Source of the DNA: a virus
Lineage: Duplodnaviria > Caudoviricetes
Virus record (IMG/VR): IMGVR_UViG_3300038556_000051
Span: 1 to 41,112 of that record
DNA length: 41,112 bases
Reading direction: 5' to 3' (one strand)
Position numbers and translations under genes: made by a program. This document shows, in pieces, positions 8,724 to 18,739 of the stretch. The number at the start of each line of letters is the position of its first letter. The first letter of the stretch is position 1. Under the pieces are notes generated by a model. That model had not been told where the DNA came from. It did no database searches and saw nothing but the letters and a program-made list of their open reading frames with translations.

Positions 8724-8941
8724 GGCTGGTCTCCCTTGTCGATGGTGGCTTTCCCGCCGCTCGAGGAGCCGAGCCAGAAGCTGACAGCTGCAACGGCGAA
8801 ACTTTTCCAGGTGCCGATCACGTCGCCGATCATCGCGGGATCCCGGGACACCAAGACGACCCAGCCGGAGAAGGCGCCGTATCCGCCGAGCGCGACAGCG
8901 CAGACGGCGAGGATCACGCGCAGGTTCGGCACGCGAGGCAT
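8720..8941 (-). CDS. Holin-like 2-TM protein
   Basis: Two TM segments ending FWLGSSSG; within the lysis cassette. Confidence 0.6.
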   Translation of the reverse strand: MPRVPNLRVILAVCAVALGGYGAFSGWVVLVSRDPAMIGDVIGTWKSFAVAAVSFWLGSSSGGKATIDKGDQP

Positions 8942-8944
8942 GGG

Positions 8945-9070
8945 TCAGATCTCCATCAGCCGAGATGCAGCGAGGACGAGGCCGGCGCCGATCGCGAGCA
9001 CGGTCATGATCCCAAGCCCGCACGCCAGCAGGGCGCGACCGATCACGCGCCGCTCATCATCCTGGCTCAA
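8945..9070 (-). CDS. 41-aa single-TM lysis accessory peptide
   Basis: TTG start overlapping the endolysin TGA (TTGA); hydrophobic helix. Confidence 0.4.
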   Translation of the reverse strand: MSQDDERRVIGRALLACGLGIMTVLAIGAGLVLAASRLMEI

Positions 9071-9687
9071 GCGAAATTCTCCGGGCGAAGCCCCTCGGCC
9101 TTGATCGCGTTCAGCTTCACCAGGCACTCGGCGCGAGTGATCGCGCCGTCGCGGTTCACGTCGAGGCCGATATTCTGGCGGTAGGTGGTCGGCCGCGTCG
9201 CCCGGTCCCAGAGCACGAAGCTGTCCGGCTTGCCGACGCCGGCGGGCCAGAGGATCGCCATGTAGACGTCGCCCAGGCTCCGGAGCCGACCCCGATAAGG
9301 CCGGAAATAGTCGGCGACGTAGTCGAGCTGCTGCTCGGCGGTGAGCGCGGCCAGGCGATCCGTCGTCGTGCCGAGCGCTCGCGCGGTGGCAGGCATGAAC
9401 TGGATGAGGCCGGTTGCGCCGCTCCCCGCCATGTTGCGGACGCTCGGGCTAAACGTGCGCCCGCTCTCCCACGCCATGCACGTCATCAGGTCGTCAGGCT
9501 CACAGCCGAGATCCGCAGCGATCGCGCGCACCTGGTCGCGGAAGGCCGGGCTGACCCTCGCGCCCCATGCGAGCGGAGCGACCGCGATCCCCAGCTCGCG
9601 CGCGATCGCGGCGAGCGTCTTCGCGCCGGGCACGCCGTCGGGCGTGACCCCCACACGTTGCTGCACATCAGCCCAGGTGACGGTCAT
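9067..9687 (-). CDS. Endolysin (lytic transglycosylase, SLT-like, with N-terminal PG-binding motif)
   Basis: DGVPGAKT PG-binding motif; catalytic ES and GATGLIQFMPATA motifs. Confidence 0.9.
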   Translation of the reverse strand: MTVTWADVQQRVGVTPDGVPGAKTLAAIARELGIAVAPLAWGARVSPAFRDQVRAIAADLGCEPDDLMTCMAWESGRTFSPSVRNMAGSGATGLIQFMPATARALGTTTDRLAALTAEQQLDYVADYFRPYRGRLRSLGDVYMAILWPAGVGKPDSFVLWDRATRPTTYRQNIGLDVNRDGAITRAECLVKLNAIKAEGLRPENFA

Positions 9688-9908
9688 CGCGATGTGTCCT
9701 TTGCAGGCGCGTCGATCAGCTCGAGCAGCGCGGAGATCTTCGGGTCCTCGGGCGGCGTCGCGATCGACGAGAGCGCCTCTGCGGTCGCCTCGAACGCGTC
9801 CCGGACCGCGCGGGGTTTGCGGACGCCATTGACCGCGAGGCCGACCGAGGCGGCCAGCGACAGGGTTGCCACTCCGGTCAGGACGAGCTGCGCGTCATTG
9901 CTCAGCAT
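9684..9908 (-). CDS. Single-TM small protein in lysis cassette
   Basis: 74 aa with an N-terminal TM; ATGA coupling to the endolysin. Confidence 0.55.
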   Translation of the reverse strand: MLSNDAQLVLTGVATLSLAASVGLAVNGVRKPRAVRDAFEATAEALSSIATPPEDPKISALLELIDAPAKDTSR

Positions 9909-10254
9909 GTTGCGCTCCCTTGAGGTTTATCCGGTTCCGCACGACGGTCTCGAGCGCGTGCACGAAGAAGGCGAAGCCGAGCGCGCCGCTCGCGAGCGCC
10001 GCGATCACCGCGGCCACAGGCGACAGCCACCCTTGCGCGACCGCGAGCACGGACAAGGTCGCGAACATCGGCAGGGCGGCGAACTCGGAGGCGACCAGCC
10101 ACCGGCGCTTGCGCTGCCAGAGCTTCACCGCCTGCGGATCCGGCGGCGGCTCGATCGTGACGACCCCCAACAGGTAGACGATGCGCGCCACGAAGGCGGA
10201 GAGGGCGGCGCCATAGGCGAGCACCCAGAGAACCGCCGCTTCGCGGTTGGTCAT
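9895..10254 (-). CDS. Putative holin (3 TM)
   Basis: ATG at 10254 with GGGGGA SD; three hydrophobic helices and a basic C-terminus; upstream of the endolysin. Confidence 0.65.
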   Translation of the reverse strand: MTNREAAVLWVLAYGAALSAFVARIVYLLGVVTIEPPPDPQAVKLWQRKRRWLVASEFAALPMFATLSVLAVAQGWLSPVAAVIAALASGALGFAFFVHALETVVRNRINLKGAQHAEQ

Positions 10255-10282
10255 GGCGATCGTCCCCCGTCGAGGTGAGCGG

Positions 10283-10606
10283 TTACTTCGGCTGGCCGTC
10301 GGGCCAGGTGCAGTCCGGGTGGCCCGGCTTGCAGGGCTCGATCGGCACCGGCTGTGTCGGTTCGACCCGCGGCTTGCCGTCGCACGCGGCCAGCGACACC
10401 AGGCCGACTCCGGCGGCCAGCAGCGCGGCCGTTCGTCGACCAGGTTGCGGCGCCTGGATGACGCCGAGTTGGCGAGCCAGCACGGGCGCGGTGATCGCGG
10501 CAATCGCCAGCAGCGCGGCCGAGGCCGGCGCCTGGTCGAGGGCGGTGATGGGCAGGGCGATGGCGCACAGCACCACCGCCCCGAGCAGAGGCATGATCCA
10601 CTTCAT
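10283..10606 (-). CDS. Membrane protein with internal lipobox and Pro/Cys-rich tail
   Basis: Two TMs, then RR-hydrophobic-LAAC, then a P-rich tail; AGGAG SD. Confidence 0.6.
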   Translation of the reverse strand: MKWIMPLLGAVVLCAIALPITALDQAPASAALLAIAAITAPVLARQLGVIQAPQPGRRTAALLAAGVGLVSLAACDGKPRVEPTQPVPIEPCKPGHPDCTWPDGQPK

Positions 10607-10646
10607 GTTGAGCTCCTAGTTGTGACCGGCTGCGCGCCGGCATGCG

Positions 10647-11057
10647 TCAGGCGGGTGAGATGCCCGCGAGAACCTGTTCCGCTCGCGCGGCCGTCAGAAG
10701 CCCTGCGGGCACGAGCGCCTGGATGCTGGCGACCAGCACCGGATCGTCGAGCGCAACGCCGTCCGTGAACCCGTTCAGCAGATCCAGGAAGTCCGCGATC
10801 AGGTCGCTGCTCTGCGCGGCCGCCCGGAGCGCCGCGCGCTCCTGGTAGGTGAAGAGCAGCTTGAAGCGGCCGACCGTCAGCAAAGGGCTGGCGGTCACGA
10901 TATCGACGAACCCGCCCTTCGCAGGCGACCAGGCGACGCGCTCGGGATAGCCGAGCGCGACTTCGATCGCGCGCTCGCCGGCGCCGGGGCTGGGCTGCTG
11001 CTCGAGCGGCCCGGCAAGCCAAGCGTTGTCGCTGTTGCGTATGAGGGCAAAGGCCAT
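10647..11057 (-). CDS. Tail-fibre-associated (chaperone-like) protein
   Basis: Immediately follows the tail tip gene; ends GLLTAARAEQVLAG as often seen in such proteins. Confidence 0.55.
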   Translation of the reverse strand: MAFALIRNSDNAWLAGPLEQQPSPGAGERAIEVALGYPERVAWSPAKGGFVDIVTASPLLTVGRFKLLFTYQERAALRAAAQSSDLIADFLDLLNGFTDGVALDDPVLVASIQALVPAGLLTAARAEQVLAGISPA

Positions 11058-11059
11058 GG

Positions 11060-14000
11060 TCAGCCGATCTTCAGGAAGCAGAGCTCGGGCCGCTCGGTCC
11101 CGCCGCCGTTGTTCACGATCACGGTCCGGACCTCGTACGACTGGGTGACGCCGCTCGCATTGGTGAAGGTGGCGGCACCCACCCCGAGCGTCACCGGATC
11201 CCCGGGACCGTTGCTCTGGGTGTTGCTCCCGCCGGTCATCACCACCCAGGCGCCGCCGGCGGGGCGGATCTGGACCTGCAGGCTGTTGCCCGTGCCGGTG
11301 ACAGTGTCGCCGAGGGTCCGGTAGCGCGCTTCGACCCCCACCGACTGCCCACTCGCGAGCACCACCCGGTCCGGGTAGGTGGTGGTCCCCGCGGTGATCT
11401 GGATCGCAGGATAAGACGGACCGGGCGAGACGCCATCTCTCGCCTTGGTGAGCGTCACCCGTACCGTTCCCACCGGCGTGCCGGAACGAGACGCGACCAC
11501 GTCCACATAGGCGCTGTCCGCCGAGATCGCACTTATCGTCAGCGTCTGCCCGCGCGTGCCGCTCAGGGCGGCCGTGCAGCCGACGATCGTCGGTGCGGAG
11601 AATGACGTCGTAGCGTCGCCGGCCAGATCTGCCCCGCTTCCCTGCCGCAGGGAGAAGGTGATCACCTTGTTGAACTCGCCGGCCTTGGGCGTGCCATCGG
11701 ACGTGCAGGCGATCGAGAAAGCGGCCGAGGCCGGCGCGACGGTGAAGCCATCCGCCCCGTTTGATCCTGGTGCACCATCCGATCCGCGAGAGCCCGCGTC
11801 AGCGAAGCTGAAATCCTCGATATAGCTTCCGGCGAAATAGAGATCCGCGACGCCGAAGAGCGCTTCGTTGGGCGCGTTCACCGGATGGCTGTCGAGCAGC
11901 GTCGTCGTGCCACCGCGCGAGAGCAAGTAGCGCACCGTGATGTTGTCGCTGACAACTGCAACCCGATCTCCCGCCAAGGGAGTGATGCCCGGGATCGCGC
12001 CGACGGTGACCCCATTGCGAAAGACGTAGAAGCTGTTGAACGCGGTCAGCCCGCTCGAGGTCGACCAGTGCAGCCAATAGTCGACGGACGAGTAGCTGTT
12101 GTCGACCGCCGGGTCGGTGGTGAGACCGATGCCGCCGTGCGTGCGGACCGTGGCGCTGACCGCGGCGCCGGCGACATAGGCGTTCCCGGTCCGGGCCTTG
12201 CCGTCCCAATTATCCGTTGCCGCTGATCGCCGGATCGAGTTGCCCTGAACGACCACATTGTTCTGGGCGACGATCGTGAACGTGCCCGCACCGGGCAAGC
12301 CGCCGCGCGACAGCGTCATGCTCTCGACGAACTGGCCGGTCCCGAACAATATGAGGAGCAGCTGGTGCGCGCGGTCGGCGGGCACGCTCGAGAGAAGCGG
12401 CTGGCCCACATCGACACCGTTCACGAATGCCCGGATCTCGGTGCCGATATGCGCGATTTCGAGGACCTGTCCCGTTGCCGGCGCGACGCCCGTCGGCGCG
12501 AAGCTCACATAGGATCGATGCCGCTGCCATCCACCAGTGGTGCTCCAGATTCCGGGCGTGGACAGGCTGACGAAGTTATCGGGGTCGGTGTCGCCCAGCG
12601 CAGGGTTGCGCAAGCCGAAGTGCAGGTCGCCGCCCCGATAGACGCAGCTGACCCGTGCTTGCGGGAACAGCTCGATGCTCCGCGCTTGCGCGACACCCCC
12701 GGCGGCGAGCGCCGTGAACGTGCTGCCGCTGCGCGCCATGGCGGCGAGCGTGGTGCTGTACGCCGACGCACCTGCCGGGCCCTCGACGCCCGCCCAGGCA
12801 GCCGTCGTGACCGGACCCAGGATCAATCGGCCGCCGCTCGCGCCGCGCGCGCGATAGCGAACCGACACCTGGTATTGCGCGCCGCTTGCGACCGAGGTCA
12901 GCACCTTGGCGGTCGCGGACGGCGGCTCAGCTCCGCCTGCCAGCCAGCCGGCGTCCGGATCCATCCCCGCCCCGGTATAGACCCGGTACTCGAAGACGAC
13001 TTCCTCGACCGAGCTCGGCGCGGATCCGCGCACGTCTAGCGCGGGGACGGTCACACCGCCCGAGGTTACCGAGCTGGCGGCGATCGTCCAGTCGCCCGAG
13101 GCCGGCGTTGGCACCAGCGGCGGCCCCGACACGCCGGGCGTCGGCGGCGGCGTCGCGGTCTGGCCGAGCGCGAAAGCATGCTTCGCCGTGGTTTCGGAAC
13201 GGCCACTGAGCGTCACGACCCCGCCGCCAGGCTCGAGCGAGCGGCTGAGGATGAGCATGAGCTGATTGCTCAGACCGCTCTCGGGCAGGTTGACCGTGAC
13301 GCAGTCGCCGGGTTTGTAGCCCATCCAGCGGAGCTTGAGCGGCATGGAGATCGGGCCGAACTCGCGCGCGTTCTGGATTTCGTATGCGGCAAGGTTGCCG
13401 GCCTGCGCCGCGAGCTGGACGAGCGGGAACTCGAGCTCGCGGGTCCGCTGCCCGCCGTCGGCCGTCACATAGCTCGCGACACGGATCGGCGCCGAGGGCA
13501 CCATGTCCCAGCCATGCGCCTCGGAGCGGTAGCGGGCGATCACGCCATTGATGCGGTCGCGCTGGCGCTGCGTCGTCTGGACGCTCACCTCACCCGGCGC
13601 CAGGTCGTCGATGCCGATCGTCGCGAGGGAGACACGCGGCGTCTGCACGAGGCAGCTGATCTTCGCACCAAGGCGCAGCGGCTCGCCGGCGCCCGCCTGA
13701 AGGATCGCCTTGAATACCTCCCACTTGCTGTCGACCGAGTAGACGACGCCGCCCACCTTCCAGCCGTTCGCATCGGAGACGTTCGCGCCCTCGACGAAGG
13801 CGGGCACGTCGATCGCGACGATCGGCACGCCGACCCCCATGACGCGGACGCCGTTGCGCGTGCGACCGAGCAGCCAGGTCAGTGCATGAAGATAGGGGTT
13901 TTCCGAAAAGACCCAGCTCGCCTCGTCGTTCGCGCGACATGCGCCCGACCCGCCAGGATAGGTGCTGTCGAGGCGCGGGTCATAGACCTTGACGCCCTGG

Positions 14001-14716
14001 ACGACCCAGAGCGGTTTCGGCGTGCCATTGCCGAACTTCTCGCCCTTGGCATCGAAGCGCAGGCGCCACATGGAAGCCGCCAGGCCGGACAGCTTCGCGC
14101 TCGTGCCCCAGCCGCTCGGCCTGGGCGAGATCCCGGCCTGGACCGCGAGCGCGCTTGCCTCCGGGAGCGCGCCCAGCTGATTGCGCTGGAACATGTAGTC
14201 GCGATAGTTCGCGCCCACCGCGTTGCCGGCGCCGTCGAACGTCGTCACGACGTCATCGGACTCGAAGCTCTCATAGGCCTGGATCGGCCCCAGCGAGTGC
14301 ACGACGACGAAGTCGCTCAGGTCGTTCGGCGTCTTGTTCGACCAGCCGTCGCTGTTCGAGCGCCAGACGATGTTGCCGGCGGTCCCGGTGCGGCCGATGG
14401 CATAGGGAATGCCGGCGCTTGGGTCGGCCTTGAAGATGGTCTGGCTGCCCGTGGTCACCGCCGGCTTTTTGGCCAGAAGGCCGGAAGCCATGCTGAGCGC
14501 GCTCGAGGCGAGCAGCAGCGTGCCGGCGGAGATCCCGAACAGGCTGGCACCGGTGGCGGCAACCGCGGCCGTGCCGACCGTCAGGGTCGCGCCCGTCGCG
14601 AGCGTGCCGGTGGTGACCGTCGCGCCGATCGCCGGCGCCGTGCCGATGCCTGCGGTGGCGACAGTGATCGCGACCACCGCCACGACGGCGGCCGCGATCT
14701 TCACGACTTTCGACAT
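11060..14716 (-). CDS. Tail tip/host-specificity protein (gpJ-like) with C-terminal receptor-binding domains
   Basis: 1218 aa; G.KVYDPR and W.FSENP motifs; Fn3-like segment; short Gly-X-Y linkers between beta domains. Confidence 0.85.
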   Translation of the reverse strand: MSKVVKIAAAVVAVVAITVATAGIGTAPAIGATVTTGTLATGATLTVGTAAVAATGASLFGISAGTLLLASSALSMASGLLAKKPAVTTGSQTIFKADPSAGIPYAIGRTGTAGNIVWRSNSDGWSNKTPNDLSDFVVVHSLGPIQAYESFESDDVVTTFDGAGNAVGANYRDYMFQRNQLGALPEASALAVQAGISPRPSGWGTSAKLSGLAASMWRLRFDAKGEKFGNGTPKPLWVVQGVKVYDPRLDSTYPGGSGACRANDEASWVFSENPYLHALTWLLGRTRNGVRVMGVGVPIVAIDVPAFVEGANVSDANGWKVGGVVYSVDSKWEVFKAILQAGAGEPLRLGAKISCLVQTPRVSLATIGIDDLAPGEVSVQTTQRQRDRINGVIARYRSEAHGWDMVPSAPIRVASYVTADGGQRTRELEFPLVQLAAQAGNLAAYEIQNAREFGPISMPLKLRWMGYKPGDCVTVNLPESGLSNQLMLILSRSLEPGGGVVTLSGRSETTAKHAFALGQTATPPPTPGVSGPPLVPTPASGDWTIAASSVTSGGVTVPALDVRGSAPSSVEEVVFEYRVYTGAGMDPDAGWLAGGAEPPSATAKVLTSVASGAQYQVSVRYRARGASGGRLILGPVTTAAWAGVEGPAGASAYSTTLAAMARSGSTFTALAAGGVAQARSIELFPQARVSCVYRGGDLHFGLRNPALGDTDPDNFVSLSTPGIWSTTGGWQRHRSYVSFAPTGVAPATGQVLEIAHIGTEIRAFVNGVDVGQPLLSSVPADRAHQLLLILFGTGQFVESMTLSRGGLPGAGTFTIVAQNNVVVQGNSIRRSAATDNWDGKARTGNAYVAGAAVSATVRTHGGIGLTTDPAVDNSYSSVDYWLHWSTSSGLTAFNSFYVFRNGVTVGAIPGITPLAGDRVAVVSDNITVRYLLSRGGTTTLLDSHPVNAPNEALFGVADLYFAGSYIEDFSFADAGSRGSDGAPGSNGADGFTVAPASAAFSIACTSDGTPKAGEFNKVITFSLRQGSGADLAGDATTSFSAPTIVGCTAALSGTRGQTLTISAISADSAYVDVVASRSGTPVGTVRVTLTKARDGVSPGPSYPAIQITAGTTTYPDRVVLASGQSVGVEARYRTLGDTVTGTGNSLQVQIRPAGGAWVVMTGGSNTQSNGPGDPVTLGVGAATFTNASGVTQSYEVRTVIVNNGGGTERPELCFLKIG

Positions 14717-15132
14717 TCAACTCTCCACGCCGCCTCATACGCGAGCGGTTGCAGAACGGCGGCGCCCTCGGCGTCCGGATGCCAGCCGAGCACGCGACCA
14801 TTGCCGAGTGCGACGGTCAATGCCGGCAGCGCGGCCTCCTCCGAGGGCAGCGCCAGCAGGTCGCCGACCAGGGCCGCAGCGGGCGGCACCCGAACGAGAC
14901 CGAGATCATCCAGCGCGACGAACAGGTCGTCATAGCCGGCGCGCCGGAGCGCACGCAGAGCGCCCGTCGCGGACCGGTAGCGACCGCCCTTGGACAGCAG
15001 CACCCGGTAGCCGCAGGCCCGCAGGTGGAACGCTGCCATCTGGACGCAGTCGTGACGCCCATAGGCGAGCGGCTGGCCCTTGAACCGATCCAGCGTCGCC
15101 TGGGCGATCTCTGCGCGCGCGAGCAGGCTCAC
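14701..15132 (-). CDS. NlpC/P60-like tail peptidase (DUF6950-like)
   Basis: YGRHDC catalytic Cys and GD motif; position between hub and tip genes. Confidence 0.8.
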   Translation of the reverse strand: MSLLARAEIAQATLDRFKGQPLAYGRHDCVQMAAFHLRACGYRVLLSKGGRYRSATGALRALRRAGYDDLFVALDDLGLVRVPPAAALVGDLLALPSEEAALPALTVALGNGRVLGWHPDAEGAAVLQPLAYEAAWRVECRKS

Positions 15133-15135
15133 AGC

Positions 15136-15786
15136 TCACCGGAAGGCAAAGTTCAGCCCCTCGAGGAACACGCCGCCACCACCGCCGCCATAGTAGGTGA
15201 CGGACGGCCGCGGCGACTCGACGCCCCAGTAGATCTGCTTGTCGACGCCGGTGACGCCGGCGAGGCCCGTCTCACCAGGCCAGATCGTCTGGTGGAAGGT
15301 GTCGGACAGCCGTGATCCCTCGTCGTCGAAGAAGAACTGCTCGAACGCCGACACGATCTCGAACTCGATCTGGCGCCCATCCGACGCGCTCTTGATCGTC
15401 GGCACGTCGACGCTGCCGAGGAAGACGAGCAGCGGATCCGGCACCACCAAGCCCGTGGCAGGATCTACAGCGCCGATCCACATCGAGACCTGGCTGCCCT
15501 GCATGTTGGACGCGGCGAGCGTCGCCGCGGCGGCATCGCCCGACGGGTTAAGCGTCAGCGTGACCGCGGGCGCCTCGTCGCCGCCGCCGTCGCTGATCTC
15601 CTCGATCGAGTCAATCGCGCCGAAGGTCGGGTCCAGTCCGACGAACGTGCGGCCGCCAAAGGTGACCGCGCCGGCGCCGTCCAGGAGGCGCAGCGTGTAG
15701 CCCGGCAGCAGGATCTCGACGGCGCCGAAGATCGCGACGGTCGGCGCGGCGAGCGCCGTCTGCATCTGCGGCGTGAACGCGCTCAT
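15136..15786 (-). CDS. Tail hub/minor tail protein
   Basis: Position after Dit; HQ.IWPGE.G...V....IYWG C-terminus. Confidence 0.7.
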   Translation of the reverse strand: MSAFTPQMQTALAAPTVAIFGAVEILLPGYTLRLLDGAGAVTFGGRTFVGLDPTFGAIDSIEEISDGGGDEAPAVTLTLNPSGDAAAATLAASNMQGSQVSMWIGAVDPATGLVVPDPLLVFLGSVDVPTIKSASDGRQIEFEIVSAFEQFFFDDEGSRLSDTFHQTIWPGETGLAGVTGVDKQIYWGVESPRPSVTYYGGGGGGVFLEGLNFAFR

Positions 15787-16379
15787 TGGGCTTCGCTGAT
15801 CGTGAACGAGAACGGCTCGAAGAGCAGCTCGACGGAGATCCGCGCCCGTGCGGCCTCCGCCGAGATCAGGCCCTCGATATAGGGCTGGGCCACCTCGACG
15901 ACGGCACCGTCCGCAGGGCTCACGCGGAGCATCGGCGTGATCGCGGCCGACAGCACGCCCGCGCCGTTCGCGGTGGCGTCAGCCGCCCATTGGTGAAGGT
16001 ACCGCCGTCCACCATGGATGAGGCTGAAGAACTGCCCCTCCCGCGCCTGGTAGCCGGCCGTGAAGCCGCGGAGGTTGAGCACGGATCCGCTCTGGCCGCT
16101 TCCGTTCACCACCGGCGCGCCAGGCGCGCCGATCGTCAGCCAGGGCTGGCGGAACGCCATGATCGCGCCGGCGGTGACGGCCTTGGCCAGGCGCGCGAAG
16201 AAGATCCGGCCAGCGTCACCGGGCGCCGGCGCGCACTCGACGGTCAACGCGAAGCGATTGCCCAGCCGATTGAGCCGTTGCGCCGCTCCGCCCAGGGCGC
16301 CTTGCTGCACCGTCCCGAAGTCGAGCAGCTGCGGCGCCGAGGCAGTAATCCCCGGTGTGGTCGGCAACAGAATCGACAT
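15783..16379 (-). CDS. Distal tail (Dit-like) protein
   Basis: ATG at 16379 directly after the tape measure; ends FTISEAQ. Confidence 0.7.
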   Translation of the reverse strand: MSILLPTTPGITASAPQLLDFGTVQQGALGGAAQRLNRLGNRFALTVECAPAPGDAGRIFFARLAKAVTAGAIMAFRQPWLTIGAPGAPVVNGSGQSGSVLNLRGFTAGYQAREGQFFSLIHGGRRYLHQWAADATANGAGVLSAAITPMLRVSPADGAVVEVAQPYIEGLISAEAARARISVELLFEPFSFTISEAQ

Positions 16380-16380
16380 G

Positions 16381-18213
16381 TCAGCCGCGGCCCATCCTGC
16401 GACTGGCGGCCTTGCCGGCCTTGCGCTGGGCGAGCGCGGCGCCGCCCATAACCGCGCCCTGCGCGAAGGTCGCCGCCACCGGCGCCGACACCTCGCGAAC
16501 GCGCGCATCGAAGTAGGAGCTCGCCTCGACCGCGACCACCAGGCCGCCGCGCCCTTGCGGCGCGCCGGAGCCGTTGCGCACATCGATGGTCTCGCCGCGG
16601 CTGACCCGCGCGATCGGCATGCCGTTCAGCTGCAGCACGTTCCGATCGATGCCGGATCGGCCGCCGATCGTCATGGACCCGCCACTCGCGAAGCCGGGGA
16701 GGATCGAGCCCAGCGCGCCGGCGCCGGCGATCTTGAACGACTGGCCGGCGATCAGCCGCGCCACGAACTGCGCCGCGATCGACAGCATGTTGCTGCGCAG
16801 ATTGCGGACGAAGTTGTCGACGCCGCCGGCGAGCAAGTCCTCGAACAGCACGGCATTGCGCTGGATGCCGTCCGCACGCCGCTGGGATTCCTCGTCCGCC
16901 GCCGCGAGCCGGAGGTCGCGCTCGAAGTCGATCCGGTCGGTGATCGCCTTCTGCCAGTCGGCCGAGGTCTCGATCCCCTGCACGTCGTAAAAGCGACGCG
17001 AGCTCTCGGCGAGCGCGGCGTCAGCGTTGACGCTCGCCGAGGCCGCGAGGTCGCCCATCAGGGCGCGGGTCGCCTCGAGCGTGGACTGCTCCCATGAGGG
17101 CCCCGTCGATCCGCTGCCGGCGCCGGCGCGCGACCGCGCAGCCGAGCGGCCCGACCCGCCAGGTAGACTTCCGAGTCGCGGCGGAACAGGCGGAGCGGCT
17201 GGGCTGCTTCGGCGGCCCGCGAGGATGTCGTTCCTCTGCTTGATCAGCGCCTTGAACTCTGCGTCGAGACGCGCATTGTCCTGTGCCGTCGCTGGGCGGG
17301 TGGTCTCGAAGAGCCCGCCGAGGTATGAGGTGCGGGCGCCGCGGCCGCTCGCACGATCTTCCTGGTTTTGTCGAATCCGCGCGTCGATGCTGCTGAGCGA
17401 CTTCTGGTCGAAGAACGCGCGGACCTGTCGCCCACCTTCCGCAGCGGCGCTCGCCACCGTCATGAACGCATCGGCGAGCTTGATGATGACCCCGGCATTC
17501 TCGGCCACGACGGCCGAGAGCTTCGCCTCGAGGACAGACTTCACCGCAGTCAGCTTGTCGGCCGCCTCGTCGGCCTGCGCGATGACGCTATCCTCGAGCA
17601 CCAGGCCGAGCTTGCTCGCGGCGTCGCGGAGCTCGTTCACGGCCGTGCTTCCCCCAGCAAGCAGCGTGTCGAGCTTCTGACCAGCCTTGCCGAAAAGGTC
17701 GACCTCAAGGCGCGCGCGCAGCGCTGGATCCTTGATCCTGGACAGCGCATCGGCGAGTTTCGGGATCGCCTCGCCTGCCGTCAGCACGCGACCGCTCGCA
17801 TCGCGCACGGACACGCCGAGCTCCCGGAACGTCGCGGCCTGCGCCTTGCTGCCCACGGCCGCTTCGCCGAGCGTGCGCGTCAGACGGCTGAGCGCAGCGT
17901 CCATCTCGCCCTGCTCGATGCCGACCTGCGATGCGGCGTAGCGATAGACCTGCAGGTCGCGGGTGCTGACGCCGAGCTGCTGCGACACCTCGCCCAGCGA
18001 GGATGCGTATTCCAGACTGCGGCGCGAGGCGGCAACGATCGCGTCGACAGCGAAGGCGCTGGCCAGCGCTGCTCCGGCGGCGGAGATCCGGTTCATCTGA
18101 CGCTCGATGCCCTGGGCCGCGCGCTCCGTCGCGCTCAGCGCCTGCTTGAGGCCGACCGTGAAGCCCGAGCTTTCGAGCGTTAAGGTCGTGTAGAGGCTGG
18201 CGACCTGCGTCAC
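16381..18213 (-). CDS. Tail tape measure protein
   Basis: 610 aa, Ala-rich helical; C-terminal GFASGG motif. Confidence 0.85.
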   Translation of the reverse strand: MTQVASLYTTLTLESSGFTVGLKQALSATERAAQGIERQMNRISAAGAALASAFAVDAIVAASRRSLEYASSLGEVSQQLGVSTRDLQVYRYAASQVGIEQGEMDAALSRLTRTLGEAAVGSKAQAATFRELGVSVRDASGRVLTAGEAIPKLADALSRIKDPALRARLEVDLFGKAGQKLDTLLAGGSTAVNELRDAASKLGLVLEDSVIAQADEAADKLTAVKSVLEAKLSAVVAENAGVIIKLADAFMTVASAAAEGGRQVRAFFDQKSLSSIDARIRQNQEDRASGRGARTSYLGGLFETTRPATAQDNARLDAEFKALIKQRNDILAGRRSSPAAPPVPPRLGSLPGGSGRSAARSRAGAGSGSTGPSWEQSTLEATRALMGDLAASASVNADAALAESSRRFYDVQGIETSADWQKAITDRIDFERDLRLAAADEESQRRADGIQRNAVLFEDLLAGGVDNFVRNLRSNMLSIAAQFVARLIAGQSFKIAGAGALGSILPGFASGGSMTIGGRSGIDRNVLQLNGMPIARVSRGETIDVRNGSGAPQGRGGLVVAVEASSYFDARVREVSAPVAATFAQGAVMGGAALAQRKAGKAASRRMGRG

Positions 18214-18214
18214 G

Positions 18215-18739
18215 TCACACGTTCCTTCCGCTGCGATCGACGCGCCCGAACTTGCGCACGCCGTTCCGGCGCGCCGCCAGCTCGGCCGCGCTCTTCAGGC
18301 CGACACGAAGCTCGGCGAGCTGGACATCCAAGAGCTTCGACCGCAGCCGCTCGAAGGCGGGGCGCATCCACGGCCGCGGCGGCTGATTGACCGTGCCGAA
18401 CTCGTGAAACCGGCCCCAGAAGGCGGTGCCCACGGTGACGTTGAAGACGATGTGACCCTGCTTCCGCGCTTTCGCGCGGCGAACCTTGATCTGGTCGCGC
18501 AGATGCCCGTAGTCGACGATCTTCCCGCTCTTGAGGCGGCGAACCTTGTTCCGGGGATCATAGGGCGCCAGCAGGCGGAGCTCGTCGCGGAACGCCTGGG
18601 CGGCCTTGCGATCGGCCTTGACGCCGATCTTGGTCGCGACCTCCGTGCCGACCTCCTCGAGCGCGCGCTTCAGCTCCTCGACGCCGTAGAGCTTGACCTT
18701 ACCCGCCCCCTTTGTGACGACCTTGAACGAACGCGACAT
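18215..18739 (-). CDS. HK97 gp10-like tail completion protein
   Basis: FWGRFHEFGTVNQPPRPWMRPAF motif. Confidence 0.85.
   Translation of the reverse strand: MSRSFKVVTKGAGKVKLYGVEELKRALEEVGTEVATKIGVKADRKAAQAFRDELRLLAPYDPRNKVRRLKSGKIVDYGHLRDQIKVRRAKARKQGHIVFNVTVGTAFWGRFHEFGTVNQPPRPWMRPAFERLRSKLLDVQLAELRVGLKSAAELAARRNGVRKFGRVDRSGRNV

Noticed and set aside
4328-14716. Diversity-generating retroelement or invertible fibre cassette
   Set aside because: No reverse transcriptase, invertase or TR/VR repeat pair seen
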